Source: a virus
Strand: one strand, 5' to 3'
UHGV virus genome: UHGV-0138524
DNA: 20,478 nucleotides
Of the stretch, positions 1 through 7,797 are shown one piece after another. The notes under the pieces were generated by a model. The model was given only the letters and a program-made list of their open reading frames with translations. It did not search any database and had not been told where the DNA came from. How positions within the stretch are numbered: position 1 is the stretch's first letter; each line of letters starts with the position of its first letter. The position numbers and the translations under genes were made by a program.

Positions 1-55
1 GTAGAGCCGGTCACACACACCGCTGCGCCTAATTTTGCTCCCTCTCCCAAACCAA
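1..55. repeat. 55-bp exact direct repeat, copy 1 (identical to 19892-19946); encodes the first residues of a tail-fibre variable segment on the minus strand
   Basis: Base-by-base comparison of 1-55 with 19892-19946; identity stops at 56 (g) versus 19947 (c), the first base of the outer half-site. Confidence 0.9.
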
Positions 56-662
56 GGTTTTTAAGAACGTCGCCGGCCAGTCCCGCGTCAACCATTTCTT
101 TCAGAGCATTAGCGATTAACGGGTACTGCTTGTGTGGATTGGCGGCCTCAACATGTTTTTTCATCAGGTTATCAGCATATCCTTTCACCTCGATAATCTT
201 GTCGTCGACATACTGGCGCGTTGCCAGCACGACTGCCGGGTCGATTTTCAGGGTGATTGCCGATGTGTTCGACACAATCAGAATCATGCGAATGGTCTGC
301 GTGCGACCGCTTCCCTCCTGCAGTTGTGGCTTGTAGGTCTCCGGACAGTTCGCCACGGCAATCAGAATACCATCATCGTCATAGAGACCAATCTCGCGGA
401 TCCAGAAACCACCTTCATTCTCGGGAATAATCTGTTCCGCGATAATCTGACTGGTATTGGCCGGGTCAACGGTCAGCAGGTTCAGCGGCGCGATGCGTTT
501 CTGGTTAATGAGCTTCGTCTGCGCCGGGTCAGGGGTCGGCAACGTACCATTCGCATCACCGACGGCCATCTGCGTCAGGTTGAGTTTGGTACCGAGTGCC
601 GCCGCGTTCGCCAGCCGCGCCGCGCCCTGATTGGTCAGAATGGCAAAATATTTTGCGGTCAT
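1..662 (-). CDS. H: Tail fibre protein, N-terminal constant domain (P2 gpH-like), reading through crossover site L into a variable segment; 3' end lies outside the window
   Basis: Hand translation of the minus strand from ATG at 662-660: MTAKYFAILTNQGAARLANA...GILIAVANCPETYKPQLQEGSGRTQTIRMILIVS...[23 protein letters not shown], resembling the P2 H N-terminus from memory; start overlaps the gpI stop (ATGA); not in the ORF track because it is open at the window edge. Confidence 0.8.
   Translation of the reverse strand, partial: MTAKYFAILTNQGAARLANAAALGTKLNLTQMAVGDANGTLPTPDPAQTKLINQKRIAPLNLLTVDPANTSQIIAEQIIPENEGGFWIREIGLYDDDGILIAVANCPETYKPQLQEGSGRTQTIRMILIVSNTSAITLKIDPAVVLATRQYVDDKIIEVKGYADNLMKKHVEAANPHKQYPLIANALKEMVDAGLAGDVLKNLGLGEGAKLGAAVCVTGS
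43..68. other. DNA-invertase crossover site L (gix/hix-like), inside the tail fibre gene at the constant/variable boundary
   Basis: TCTCCCAAACCAAGGTTTTTAAGAAC; core AAACC-AA-GGTTT matches the hix/gix consensus as recalled. Confidence 0.7.
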
Positions 663-1267
663 GCGTTCACTCTCAGGTTATCAATCAAATGGATGGCCGA
701 GGCCGGGTAATATTCACCGCCGACGACAATCTCCTCGGGGGTGTAGGGGTAAACAGTCAGCGCGTCGCCGTGATAGCATCCCGCGCCGACATACAGTTCG
801 CCGGTCGAGCTCAGACTGATAGCCAGCCCGGTCAGGTGGCGACTTGCCGGTTTGGCGTCTTCAATCAGGCGCTCAAGCTCCTGATACATTTCGTCAGTGA
901 TGCCGCTGTCGAGGACGCCAACAACGAGGCGGAATGTGCCTGGCTCCTCGTCGAGTTGCCACCACTCGCGCACCTCAATCAGAAAGCCGAGCGGCTCGAC
1001 GACCCGACGCAATGCGCTGATGGTGCCTTTGTGCTGATGGACGAAAAACGAGGACGCGCAGACGTTGCGCTTTGTCGCCTCCGGCCATTTCTCATCCCAC
1101 CTGTCGACCGACAGCGCCCACGCCAGATACGGCAGCAGCTTTACCGGGCAGGTGCGCCAGTTCCACAGGGTGCGCAGCGGTACCGGCACGCGCTGAATCT
1201 CAGAGAACGCAGCGGCGGCGGCAACCTCCAGCGGCGACGAGCCAACGGGTAATAGCCGGTCACTCAT
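659..1267 (-). CDS. I: Baseplate assembly protein (P2 gpI-like)
   Basis: 202-aa ORF starting MSDRLLPVGSSPLEVAAA..., resembling P2 gpI; sits immediately upstream of H as in P2. Confidence 0.8.
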   Translation of the reverse strand: MSDRLLPVGSSPLEVAAAAAFSEIQRVPVPLRTLWNWRTCPVKLLPYLAWALSVDRWDEKWPEATKRNVCASSFFVHQHKGTISALRRVVEPLGFLIEVREWWQLDEEPGTFRLVVGVLDSGITDEMYQELERLIEDAKPASRHLTGLAISLSSTGELYVGAGCYHGDALTVYPYTPEEIVVGGEYYPASAIHLIDNLRVNA

Positions 1268-1598
1268 CCGAGCCCCCGATAGTTATCTGGTACTCAGTAC
1301 AATTCGACGCCTGCGACTTACTCAGCACAATGTCGGCCTGCGGTGATGCCAGTTCGACACGCTGCACCCCCTCAACATGCAGCGCCGCGTAAATGGCCGA
1401 CAGACGGATATCACGCCCGAGGCGGTGCTGCGCGCTGATGTAACTCTGCAGCTTTTGTTCTGATGCCTGCCTGATGGGCTCAGACTCGGGGCCGGGGTAA
1501 ACGTAGAGCGTCGCGTCAATTTGGTACGGCACAATCTCGGCTGACTGGACGGTCAATTCCGCTTGGCTGAATGAATCCGCGACGCTGTTCCGCCGCAA
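1260..1598 (-). pseudogene. J: Baseplate protein J, C-terminal fragment only (5'-truncated)
   Basis: 112-aa ORF (...TVQSAEIVPYQIDATLYVYPGPESEP...HRLGRDIRLSAIYAALHVEGVQRVEL...) resembles only the C-terminal third of P2 gpJ; upstream sequence switches to portal-like coding on the other strand. Confidence 0.65.
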
Positions 1599-2040
1599 GT
1601 ATTATCAGAACGGCGCGCACGCAGGCTACATCATGTATGTGACTGACCCGGCGCAGAGCGCGACCGACGTCGAATCGCTGCGCGAGGCGATGCGCAACTC
1701 AAAAGGGCTCGGCAACTTTAAGAACCTGTTTTTCTACGCTCCCGGCGGAAAACCGGACGGCATCAAAATCGTGCCACTGAGCGAGGTCGCCACAAAGGAT
1801 GACTTTTTCAACATCAAGAAGGCCAGTGCCGCCGATCTGATGGACGCGCACCGCGTACCGTTCCAGCTCATGGGCGGCAAGCCCGAGAATATCGGTTCAC
1901 TCGGTGATGTTGAGAAGGTGGCAAAGGTATTTGTGCGCAACGAGCTGTCGCCGCTACAGGACAGGTTCAGGGAGGTAAATGACTGGCTCGGCATGGAGGT
2001 CATCAGATTCAAAGAGTACACCCTCGACAACCCAGAATAA
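1594..2040 (+). pseudogene. Q: Portal protein (P2 gpQ-like), C-terminal fragment only
   Basis: Translation ...FRRKYYQNGAHAGYIMYVTDPAQSATDVESLREAMRNSKGLGNFKNLFFYAPGGKPDGIKIVPL...HRVPFQLMGGKPENIGSLGDVEKVAKVFVRNELSPLQDRF... resembles the C-terminus of P2-family portal proteins; the frame is open only from 1507, so the N-terminal two-thirds are absent. Confidence 0.6.
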
Positions 2041-2070
2041 CTTAGGCCGCCACAATCTCTGCGCTCATTA

Positions 2071-2099
2071 TTGAAGATGCAATCTGCGAAAGCTATAGT
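2071..2099 (+). promoter_or_regulatory. Candidate sigma70 promoter for the 334-aa ORF
   Basis: TTGAAG (2071-2076), 17-nt spacer, TATAGT (2094-2099), about 19 nt upstream of the ATG at 2118. Confidence 0.4.
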
Positions 2100-2117
2100 G
2101 CATCGAATATCAAAACA

Positions 2118-3122
2118 ATGGGCGCGGAGATTAATATTTTGGAAACTGATTTTAAAATAACCCTCGAAGGTTTCGCTACTGAGCAAGAAGCAAATAATAT
2201 CGGTAATTTCACACTAGAAGCTATCCGAGCTTTAACAAAAAATCTCAATCTTGATATCTCCAAATTAAAATGCGTGATTGTTTCCTATAACTTCAGTGAA
2301 GCTCTTCAAAAGGTAACATCCTCTTACCAACACAAATCCCCTAGTTCATTTACCAATAGCAAACAGGGCGCAGCCGTCGGGCAGTTAGTAACAAAAATTG
2401 GCAATGATGGGCTATGTGAAGAATATACCCTTGTGCTATCGATTGATTTTTTTGTTGAGCTTTTCAATGATGGTAGCTTCTTAAAACTGAAAGAAGAAGG
2501 ATACCTCGCAGTCATCCATCGCATTCACCATGAATTAGTGCACGTACATGAAAAAAACTTACTAACATGCTTAGCCCAAAACTTTACAGTCAACGAGTAT
2601 GGTAGCGCGCTTCTTATCTCAGCCACGCGTGCATGGTCTGAATATCTCGCTAATTACATGTCTTCGGGGTCTGCCCCTCAAGAAACTATCGATTTATTTT
2701 TAGAGAATCTTGACACTGTTGTAAATGAAGTATCTGACGAGATTGAAAAACTCATCTGGGGTTATAAGTACGGTAATATTTCTCTGAATGACATGTATCT
2801 TGAAGTAAAAAAACGTATCAGGCTAATCATCAACTCTTATGCTTATGCGATGGGTTATGTCCATTCTCTAAACATCAATATTAAAGAATACGATCCAAAG
2901 CTATCCCTTACACTATCCAACTCAAAGATAAGATATCAATTATCAGAATTAGGCATTGCTTTTCAGAATCTTTATGGGAAGTTTAATGACCAGCACATTA
3001 CAGGTTTTGGTGATTTTCGGGAGATAACAATAATCATTGATGAAATATTCAAGCAGTTTGGGCTTGTTTTAGAGTGTCCCGATTGGTCTGGCGACGGTGA
3101 ACTCTACATACATGTAAATTAG
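2118..3122 (+). CDS. Hypothetical 334-aa protein with an HExxH (zincin-like) motif; AT-rich accessory gene between the portal remnant and cos
   Basis: Long ORF in clearly AT-rich DNA compared with its neighbours; motif IHRIHHELVHVHE (HELVH) at about 2524-2550; no phage core gene recognised. Confidence 0.6.
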   Translation: MGAEINILETDFKITLEGFATEQEANNIGNFTLEAIRALTKNLNLDISKLKCVIVSYNFSEALQKVTSSYQHKSPSSFTNSKQGAAVGQLVTKIGNDGLCEEYTLVLSIDFFVELFNDGSFLKLKEEGYLAVIHRIHHELVHVHEKNLLTCLAQNFTVNEYGSALLISATRAWSEYLANYMSSGSAPQETIDLFLENLDTVVNEVSDEIEKLIWGYKYGNISLNDMYLEVKKRIRLIINSYAYAMGYVHSLNINIKEYDPKLSLTLSNSKIRYQLSELGIAFQNLYGKFNDQHITGFGDFREITIIIDEIFKQFGLVLECPDWSGDGELYIHVN

Positions 3123-3341
3123 TTTAATCATAGTAGAAACATAATTAGCAGTTTGAATCCTGCCACTCCTGTAAAGCCGCTGCTCCTGGTGGCTTTTCCA
3201 TGCACACCACCATCACGCATCAGATGCGTCTCACGCGCACGAACACACTCGACCACCAACGAACCAGCAGCGACCACGACAGCGCCATCACGACGCGCTC
3301 AGAGGATAATTTTTATTATTACGCATCACTGCTGGCGCGCA

Positions 3342-3360
3342 ATGCTTTCCCCGCCACGCC
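3342..3360. other. cos cohesive-end sequence (186/P2 type)
   Basis: ATGCTTTCCCCGCCACGCC; reverse complement GGCGTGGCGGGGAAAGCAT equals the 19-nt cohesive end of coliphage 186 as I recall it and differs at two positions from P2 GGCGAGGCGGGGAAAGCAC. Confidence 0.6.
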
Positions 3361-3520
3361 TGCCCGCTTTATGGGGCGGTTTTAATGCAGTTGCATGACA
3401 ACTCTGGATCCGCGCTAGCTCTGGCGGCGCACGGACAGAACGGGCAAGACTGACGCATGCAAAACCATGCACCTAATGCATGCACGACTAAAAAACGGGA
3501 AATTCGCGGAAAAATGGCAT

Positions 3521-3550
3521 AAAAAAACCGGCATTCAGGGTGCCGGTTTT
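3521..3550. terminator. Bidirectional rho-independent terminator at the end of the SOS operon
   Basis: A7 (3521-3527), stem CCGGCA (3528-3533) / TGCCGG (3541-3546), T4 (3547-3550); on the minus strand the hairpin is followed by U7. Confidence 0.6.
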
Positions 3551-3568
3551 AGTCTGGTTTTGTCGCGA

Positions 3569-3670
3569 TTAATGGCCGCGCAATGCGCCAATAACACTGT
3601 TGAGGCACATGCTGGCAACAATCATCAGAAAAATCGTCGTCCACGGATTTTCATAAACGATAGATAACAT
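3569..3670 (-). CDS. Candidate 33-aa hydrophobic (single transmembrane-like) peptide
   Basis: Hand translation MLSIVYENPWTTIFLMIVASMCLNSVIGALRGH; AAGAGGAA Shine-Dalgarno-like sequence upstream of the ATG; ends just before the terminator; absent from the ORF track, which lists nothing under 60 aa. Confidence 0.3.
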   Translation of the reverse strand: MLSIVYENPWTTIFLMIVASMCLNSVIGALRGH

Positions 3671-3686
3671 ATTTATATAGTTCCTC

Positions 3687-3992
3687 TTATTTGCGCATTC
3701 TGATGTGATTTAACAGGTGTTTGATAACGACTGATAGCTCATCTTTACCGGCCTGCTCGACCATTTTTGCGGTGTAGCTTTCCACCTCGCGAGAGCTCAG
3801 GTCGTTATTTAAAGCCATTAAAGTCAGATTCTTTGCCCAATCGGCAAACGGGTCATTTTTCGATGAAAGGGGATTTTGCATGTACAAAAACCTCGAATTA
3901 TTTAACCAGCAGACGGTTGAAGTATTTGCGACGCTATGACCGGCTAACGCCTCGCGTAGCTCGTTGTTCAACCCCGCCAGCACTGAAAGCAA
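3687..3992 (-). CDS. Hypothetical 101-aa protein in the SOS operon (TTG start as called)
   Basis: ORF downstream of the DinI-like gene in the same orientation; no family recognised. Confidence 0.4.
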   Translation of the reverse strand: MLSVLAGLNNELREALAGHSVANTSTVCWLNNSRFLYMQNPLSSKNDPFADWAKNLTLMALNNDLSSREVESYTAKMVEQAGKDELSVVIKHLLNHIRMRK

Positions 3993-4014
3993 GTTTCAGC
4001 ACCGGCGGCGTTTG

Positions 4015-4248
4015 TTAATGCAGCCAGCTATCGTCCTCCCATACCTGCTGCATGATTTCCATTACTCGTTTTTTATCTTCGTCCAGTTTCAAACCGCTTA
4101 GTTCAACGCCATTAGCGGAGCCCTTGCGAATTCGGATAGCAGTCTTTGGGTAAATAGGTTGAAGATTGCGGTACAGTTCAGCCTCAAGTGCATCCAATGT
4201 TGCCTGACTAATTTTTTGCTCTTTATCCAACGTGATATTGATTCTCAT
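4015..4248 (-). CDS. DinI-family protein (DNA-damage-inducible protein I-like; Tum-like module)
   Basis: 77-aa MRINITLDKEQKISQATLDALEAELYRNLQ...KKRVMEIMQQVWEDDSWLH resembles E. coli DinI and the DinI-like part of 186 Tum. Confidence 0.65.
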   Translation of the reverse strand: MRINITLDKEQKISQATLDALEAELYRNLQPIYPKTAIRIRKGSANGVELSGLKLDEDKKRVMEIMQQVWEDDSWLH

Positions 4249-4251
4249 AAT

Positions 4252-4434
4252 CTAATCAGCCTTATAAAAATTATCATCTTCGGTTTCGTTATTTTCGCTG
4301 TTTGCTAGGTCTGCAATGAGAGTGAGCGCGAGCTTTAAGTCTGATGGCTTGCAGTTTGCAATCAGAGATACCTCGGCAATAAATTGCACACAAGCCCACT
4401 TTTGCTGCGTTCGGCTGAAATGTTCGCCAACCAT
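4252..4434 (-). CDS. Hypothetical 60-aa protein, first gene of the SOS operon
   Basis: ATG at 4434 preceded by GGGAGGG; a LexA box lies about 20 nt upstream; stop is 3 nt before the DinI-like ATG. Confidence 0.4.
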   Translation of the reverse strand: MVGEHFSRTQQKWACVQFIAEVSLIANCKPSDLKLALTLIADLANSENNETEDDNFYKAD

Positions 4435-4453
4435 GAAATCCCTCCCACAGGGT

Positions 4454-4473
4454 TACTGTATATTTATACAGTA
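4454..4473. promoter_or_regulatory. LexA (SOS) box overlapping the promoter of the minus-strand operon
   Basis: TACTGTATATTTATACAGTA, a near-perfect match to the palindromic CTGT-N8-ACAG consensus. Confidence 0.75.
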
Positions 4474-4547
4474 GCACGTATTGGCAAAAGATGGGAAGAA
4501 AAAAAACGAATAGAGCGATTGCTGTATGTGCATGATATGGATATGAA

Positions 4548-6770
4548 TTACCCATGTATTGGTTTTGATGCTTCAGCCATCGCCGCAACACGATTAAGGA
4601 TTTTCCGAGCTTTAGCCTCATGCGATGGTGCTGCGGAAAATATTTCTCCTTTGGCCGTTCCGCGTAGCCATTTACCATCAAAACAACTTTTACCACCGGC
4701 CATCAGGTGCAGGGCTTCGCCCCGGCTGATATTAATGCCGGTTGTCAGATGTATCTCATCGATAGTTTTAGCTATAGCTGCGTTTTGCTCATCCGTTCCG
4801 TGGATGAATTTTCGCCGTGCTGCTGGCTTTTGCTTCCTGAGTCGGTTGGTCAATTCTCGTCTTTCACGCCGACTCAGTGGTTTTGTTAAATCCAGTATCG
4901 GTGGATCGCTTTCGCTTCCCGTACAGTTATTGACAGAACTCCGAGGGACGGCTTTGCCGTCCTGAAGGTCAACGGCCAAATCAACAGCACGCTTCGGAAC
5001 AATCTTCCACTGAGTGAGCCGGGTTAAAATCGGGCTTCCTGCACCTATGGAGGAATCGTAGACCCCCTTAATACATACCGTTTCCTCACCGTACTGATTA
5101 AGCTCGGTGCGCGGTTCATACAGTGTGCGCACCTGTAAATCATCGCGACGGACAAACGGCCCACCCTGAGCATTAACATAACCAGCCCAGTCACCAGCGT
5201 CGGCGGCATCATGGACGGCGGCAAACTCAACGCTCAGACCGTGCGCGGTTTCGGTATCAGCGAGGCGACGCAACTCACGGTAAACCGTCACCGGCGCACC
5301 ACCAATAAACTGAAACTGACGGATGTGCCAGCGCGCAGCCCATGCTGAAACGGCGGGGGCTGTCTCTTTCAGCAGCTCACCGCTTTCATCATCGGTTTCA
5401 CCATCGAGAGCATAACCGTCGATATTTTTTGAAATGTATTTAGCAACATAGCCGGTTGCGCTGCCTTTCTCCGGGTCAATGGACTCGGCGTGGAAACGTG
5501 CTTTTTTGGATTTATCGCTTTTCAGTTCGTGGCGGTCTTCTTTCCATGCGTATTTACGGACGATGGAGCGAACATATTCAACATCTTCCGGCAGCATGAA
5601 CATCAGCATGTGCCAGTGTGGAGTGCCGTCGTGATGGGGCTCGGCGACACGAATACCGAAAATACGGACATCTTCCCGATGTAGTTTGGCACGGATACGC
5701 GCCCAGATACCGGTTAGATAGTTTTGCGTGTCAGCCGGGCTGGCACCGCTCCATTTGCTGTTACGGTAACCGGCTTTAGTCGTGGCGTGATATTTTGACG
5801 GCGCGGTTAGAGTGTAAAACTCACCGACATAACCGAGCTCATTACAGATGTTTTCAAACCCACGAATGCGGGTCATGAGCTCACAGCGGCGAATCGCAGG
5901 GTTAGCAACTGAGCCATCATATTTTTCAATTAGGCTGATACGGTTGCCGTCTTCGTCTTCGAGATCCAGACCTTTGAGAAATTCACGAGTGCGGCGCTTT
6001 TGTTCACGCCAGTCAGTCACGCAGTTTTTACTCGCGTAAGTGTTTTTTTTCTTACTGACGTTGCCGACTGCAATTTGCAGGTGTTCGCGCCACGTAGCTG
6101 CAACACGGCGCAAACGACCGCGCCACCACCCATCGTTAAACATTTTGGCGATAGCCGGTGCGATTTCATCCGCACCGACATATTTTTTTTCAACCCGCTC
6201 CCAATGTGGTGGGATAACGTTGAATTGGAGGGAAATAAAGCCAGCACGAATATACCAGGTGTACAGCGTTTTAAGCTCGCCGAATCCGTGGTCATTAATG
6301 TTGGCAAGTTCACCACGAATGAAATTAGCAATATCAGCGGCCAACAGGTCAACATCAGCGCGCGACATGTCCGGGAGACGGTTATATTGGGCGACCATAT
6401 TAACCATGCGTGACGACAGATATTGCATTTGCTGAGTATCAAAATGACTTCCAAAAACAGCGGTTGATACCTTGCTGTTGATACCAGCGCATTCGTATTT
6501 TTTTGCGACCAGTTCAAGACGCGGCAATGCCTTTTTGCAGAAGCTGATTAAAAATGCATTGGCTCGTTGACTACCCTGATTTTGCTCCAGCACCGCAGCA
6601 GTGCGATAAACATCTAACCGCACGCAGTCGGGCTGGAGAGAAAGCACCTTTTTTGCATGCAGCAAAGCCGCGAACATACGGTCGCGGCGATGCTGTTGCT
6701 CATAAGTAAGGTATGGGCTGGAGATTGCCGACCGTGGGACGTTCCACGGATAAGCGAATTGAACAGCCAA
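4548..6770 (-). CDS. A: Replication initiation endonuclease (P2 gpA-like rolling-circle initiator)
   Basis: 740-aa ORF with HDGTPHWHMLMF (His-hydrophobic-His) and GYVAKYISKN (paired tyrosine) motifs typical of the family. Confidence 0.85.
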   Translation of the reverse strand: MAVQFAYPWNVPRSAISSPYLTYEQQHRRDRMFAALLHAKKVLSLQPDCVRLDVYRTAAVLEQNQGSQRANAFLISFCKKALPRLELVAKKYECAGINSKVSTAVFGSHFDTQQMQYLSSRMVNMVAQYNRLPDMSRADVDLLAADIANFIRGELANINDHGFGELKTLYTWYIRAGFISLQFNVIPPHWERVEKKYVGADEIAPAIAKMFNDGWWRGRLRRVAATWREHLQIAVGNVSKKKNTYASKNCVTDWREQKRRTREFLKGLDLEDEDGNRISLIEKYDGSVANPAIRRCELMTRIRGFENICNELGYVGEFYTLTAPSKYHATTKAGYRNSKWSGASPADTQNYLTGIWARIRAKLHREDVRIFGIRVAEPHHDGTPHWHMLMFMLPEDVEYVRSIVRKYAWKEDRHELKSDKSKKARFHAESIDPEKGSATGYVAKYISKNIDGYALDGETDDESGELLKETAPAVSAWAARWHIRQFQFIGGAPVTVYRELRRLADTETAHGLSVEFAAVHDAADAGDWAGYVNAQGGPFVRRDDLQVRTLYEPRTELNQYGEETVCIKGVYDSSIGAGSPILTRLTQWKIVPKRAVDLAVDLQDGKAVPRSSVNNCTGSESDPPILDLTKPLSRRERRELTNRLRKQKPAARRKFIHGTDEQNAAIAKTIDEIHLTTGINISRGEALHLMAGGKSCFDGKWLRGTAKGEIFSAAPSHEAKARKILNRVAAMAEASKPIHG

Positions 6771-6771
6771 T

Positions 6772-6993
6772 TTATACCCCCCGATAGTGTTTGTTTTTTA
6801 GCTCTGCTATTTGCTGGCAGGTTATGCAAAAAGCCACGCCCGGAATCGCAATGCGGCGAGCTTCCGGGATTGGTGTGTCACATTCCTCGCAAAGAAAACG
6901 GGAAGGTGCAGCGATACGGGTGCGTGCGTTGCTGATGTGGCGTTCGCGGTCTTCCTGCTCGCGCAGTTGTGCTAAATCCATTGCGTCGGCCAT
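6772..6993 (-). CDS. TraR/DksA-family C4 zinc-finger protein
   Basis: 73 aa with CEECDTPIPEARRIAIPGVAFCITCQ; start overlaps the upstream stop (TAATG). Confidence 0.65.
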   Translation of the reverse strand: MADAMDLAQLREQEDRERHISNARTRIAAPSRFLCEECDTPIPEARRIAIPGVAFCITCQQIAELKNKHYRGV

Positions 6994-7220
6994 TAGTGCA
7001 GCTCCTGTGATTCATTCTCAAAGCGGGTTGCTTCACGGCGCAGCAGTTCGGCAGCTTCGGTGCCGCTCATACCCTCTCTGGTAATATGAATAGCCAGCGC
7101 CTCAAGGCGGATGGAAACAGCGAGCGCGCGGTCTTTACGCTCTTCTTTTTTTGCATCGGTCAGCAATACGGCCAGCGCATCGCTATCAGTGTTAAAACTA
7201 CGGATTTCGGTATTACGCAT
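6993..7220 (-). CDS. Hypothetical early-operon protein (75 aa)
   Basis: ORF translationally coupled to the downstream zinc-finger gene. Confidence 0.45.
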   Translation of the reverse strand: MRNTEIRSFNTDSDALAVLLTDAKKEERKDRALAVSIRLEALAIHITREGMSGTEAAELLRREATRFENESQELH

Positions 7221-7287
7221 AATTAACTCTCCTGCTTTCGGGCAATAAGATGCCCGGCGGGTTTACGCCATTAAATTTCTGTTTGGA

Positions 7288-7626
7288 TTAATTCGGCATG
7301 GTTAGCCGTTTGGGAAATAAGCTCACTACTGCACGAAAATGATTCATCGCTGTAATAAGCGCCTTTTTCTCGTCAGTAGTCAGCTCACTTAATTCGAGTT
7401 CATGACGAGCCGCCGGTATTTTTGCCAGAAAGAAAATAGCGGCCAGCGCCCGATTATTTTCTTCAAATTGTGGGTCACGTTTATCGCGCATATCATCGAC
7501 AAAACGTTCAACCTCTTTCCAGCTATCGCCCCAATATCTCGCGCGCAATTCGGCAACATGATTGAGACCGGCCAGACGTTCACCCGCTTTTAGCGGAACA
7601 GTCGCGGAAACAGCTTCGATAGCCAT
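7288..7626 (-). CDS. Hypothetical early-operon protein (112 aa)
   Basis: ORF in the early operon orientation; no family recognised. Confidence 0.45.
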   Translation of the reverse strand: MAIEAVSATVPLKAGERLAGLNHVAELRARYWGDSWKEVERFVDDMRDKRDPQFEENNRALAAIFFLAKIPAARHELELSELTTDEKKALITAMNHFRAVVSLFPKRLTMPN

Positions 7627-7790
7627 GATTCCCCCCGCTTTTGAGTAGAGAGGCCAGCCAGTAAATCAGCCTGCGAGTGGCTCGGGTGCCAGCGCTTGCC
7701 GTCCTTACCTGCGATCCAGCCGTGGCCGTAGTGCATGCCGGGGCTTTGCTTAACGAGCAGCGATGCGAATGACGGTTCACTTTTCAGCAT
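7590..7790 (-). CDS. Hypothetical small protein (about 66 aa)
   Basis: ATG at 7790 just downstream of the B stop; overlaps the next gene, so uncertain. Confidence 0.25.
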   Translation of the reverse strand: MLKSEPSFASLLVKQSPGMHYGHGWIAGKDGKRWHPSHSQADLLAGLSTQKRGESWLSKLFPRLFR

Positions 7791-7797
7791 ACGCACC

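Noticed and set aside
130-1252. Plus-strand ORFs 130..336, 132..710, 596..1252 and 631..819
   Set aside because: Antisense to the well-supported tail fibre H and gpI genes; Arg/Gln-rich low-complexity translations typical of the wrong strand of GC-rich coding DNA.
3153-3667. ORFs 3153..3398, 3200..3385 and 3467..3667 near cos
   Set aside because: They lie over the cos region and its flanking repeats and have non-protein-like composition; read as non-coding packaging DNA.
4289-4965. ORFs 4289..4696 (minus) and 4384..4965 (plus)
   Set aside because: They overlap the LexA-box promoter region and the 3' end of gene A in other frames; the SOS-operon and A readings explain the sequence better.
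5045-6829. Plus- and minus-strand ORFs nested inside gene A (5045..5230, 5490..5684, 5848..6039, 6000..6413, 6017..6517, 6040..6435, 6614..6829)
   Set aside because: All fall inside the 740-aa replication initiator frame, which carries the diagnostic motifs; alternative frames are spurious.
6657-7084. Plus-strand ORFs 6657..6935 and 6791..7084
   Set aside because: Antisense to the translationally coupled early-operon genes, including the zinc-finger protein.
7580-7780. ORF 7580..7780 (minus, 66 aa)
   Set aside because: Arg/Ser/Ala-rich translation that overlaps the more protein-like 7590..7790 frame; likely spurious.
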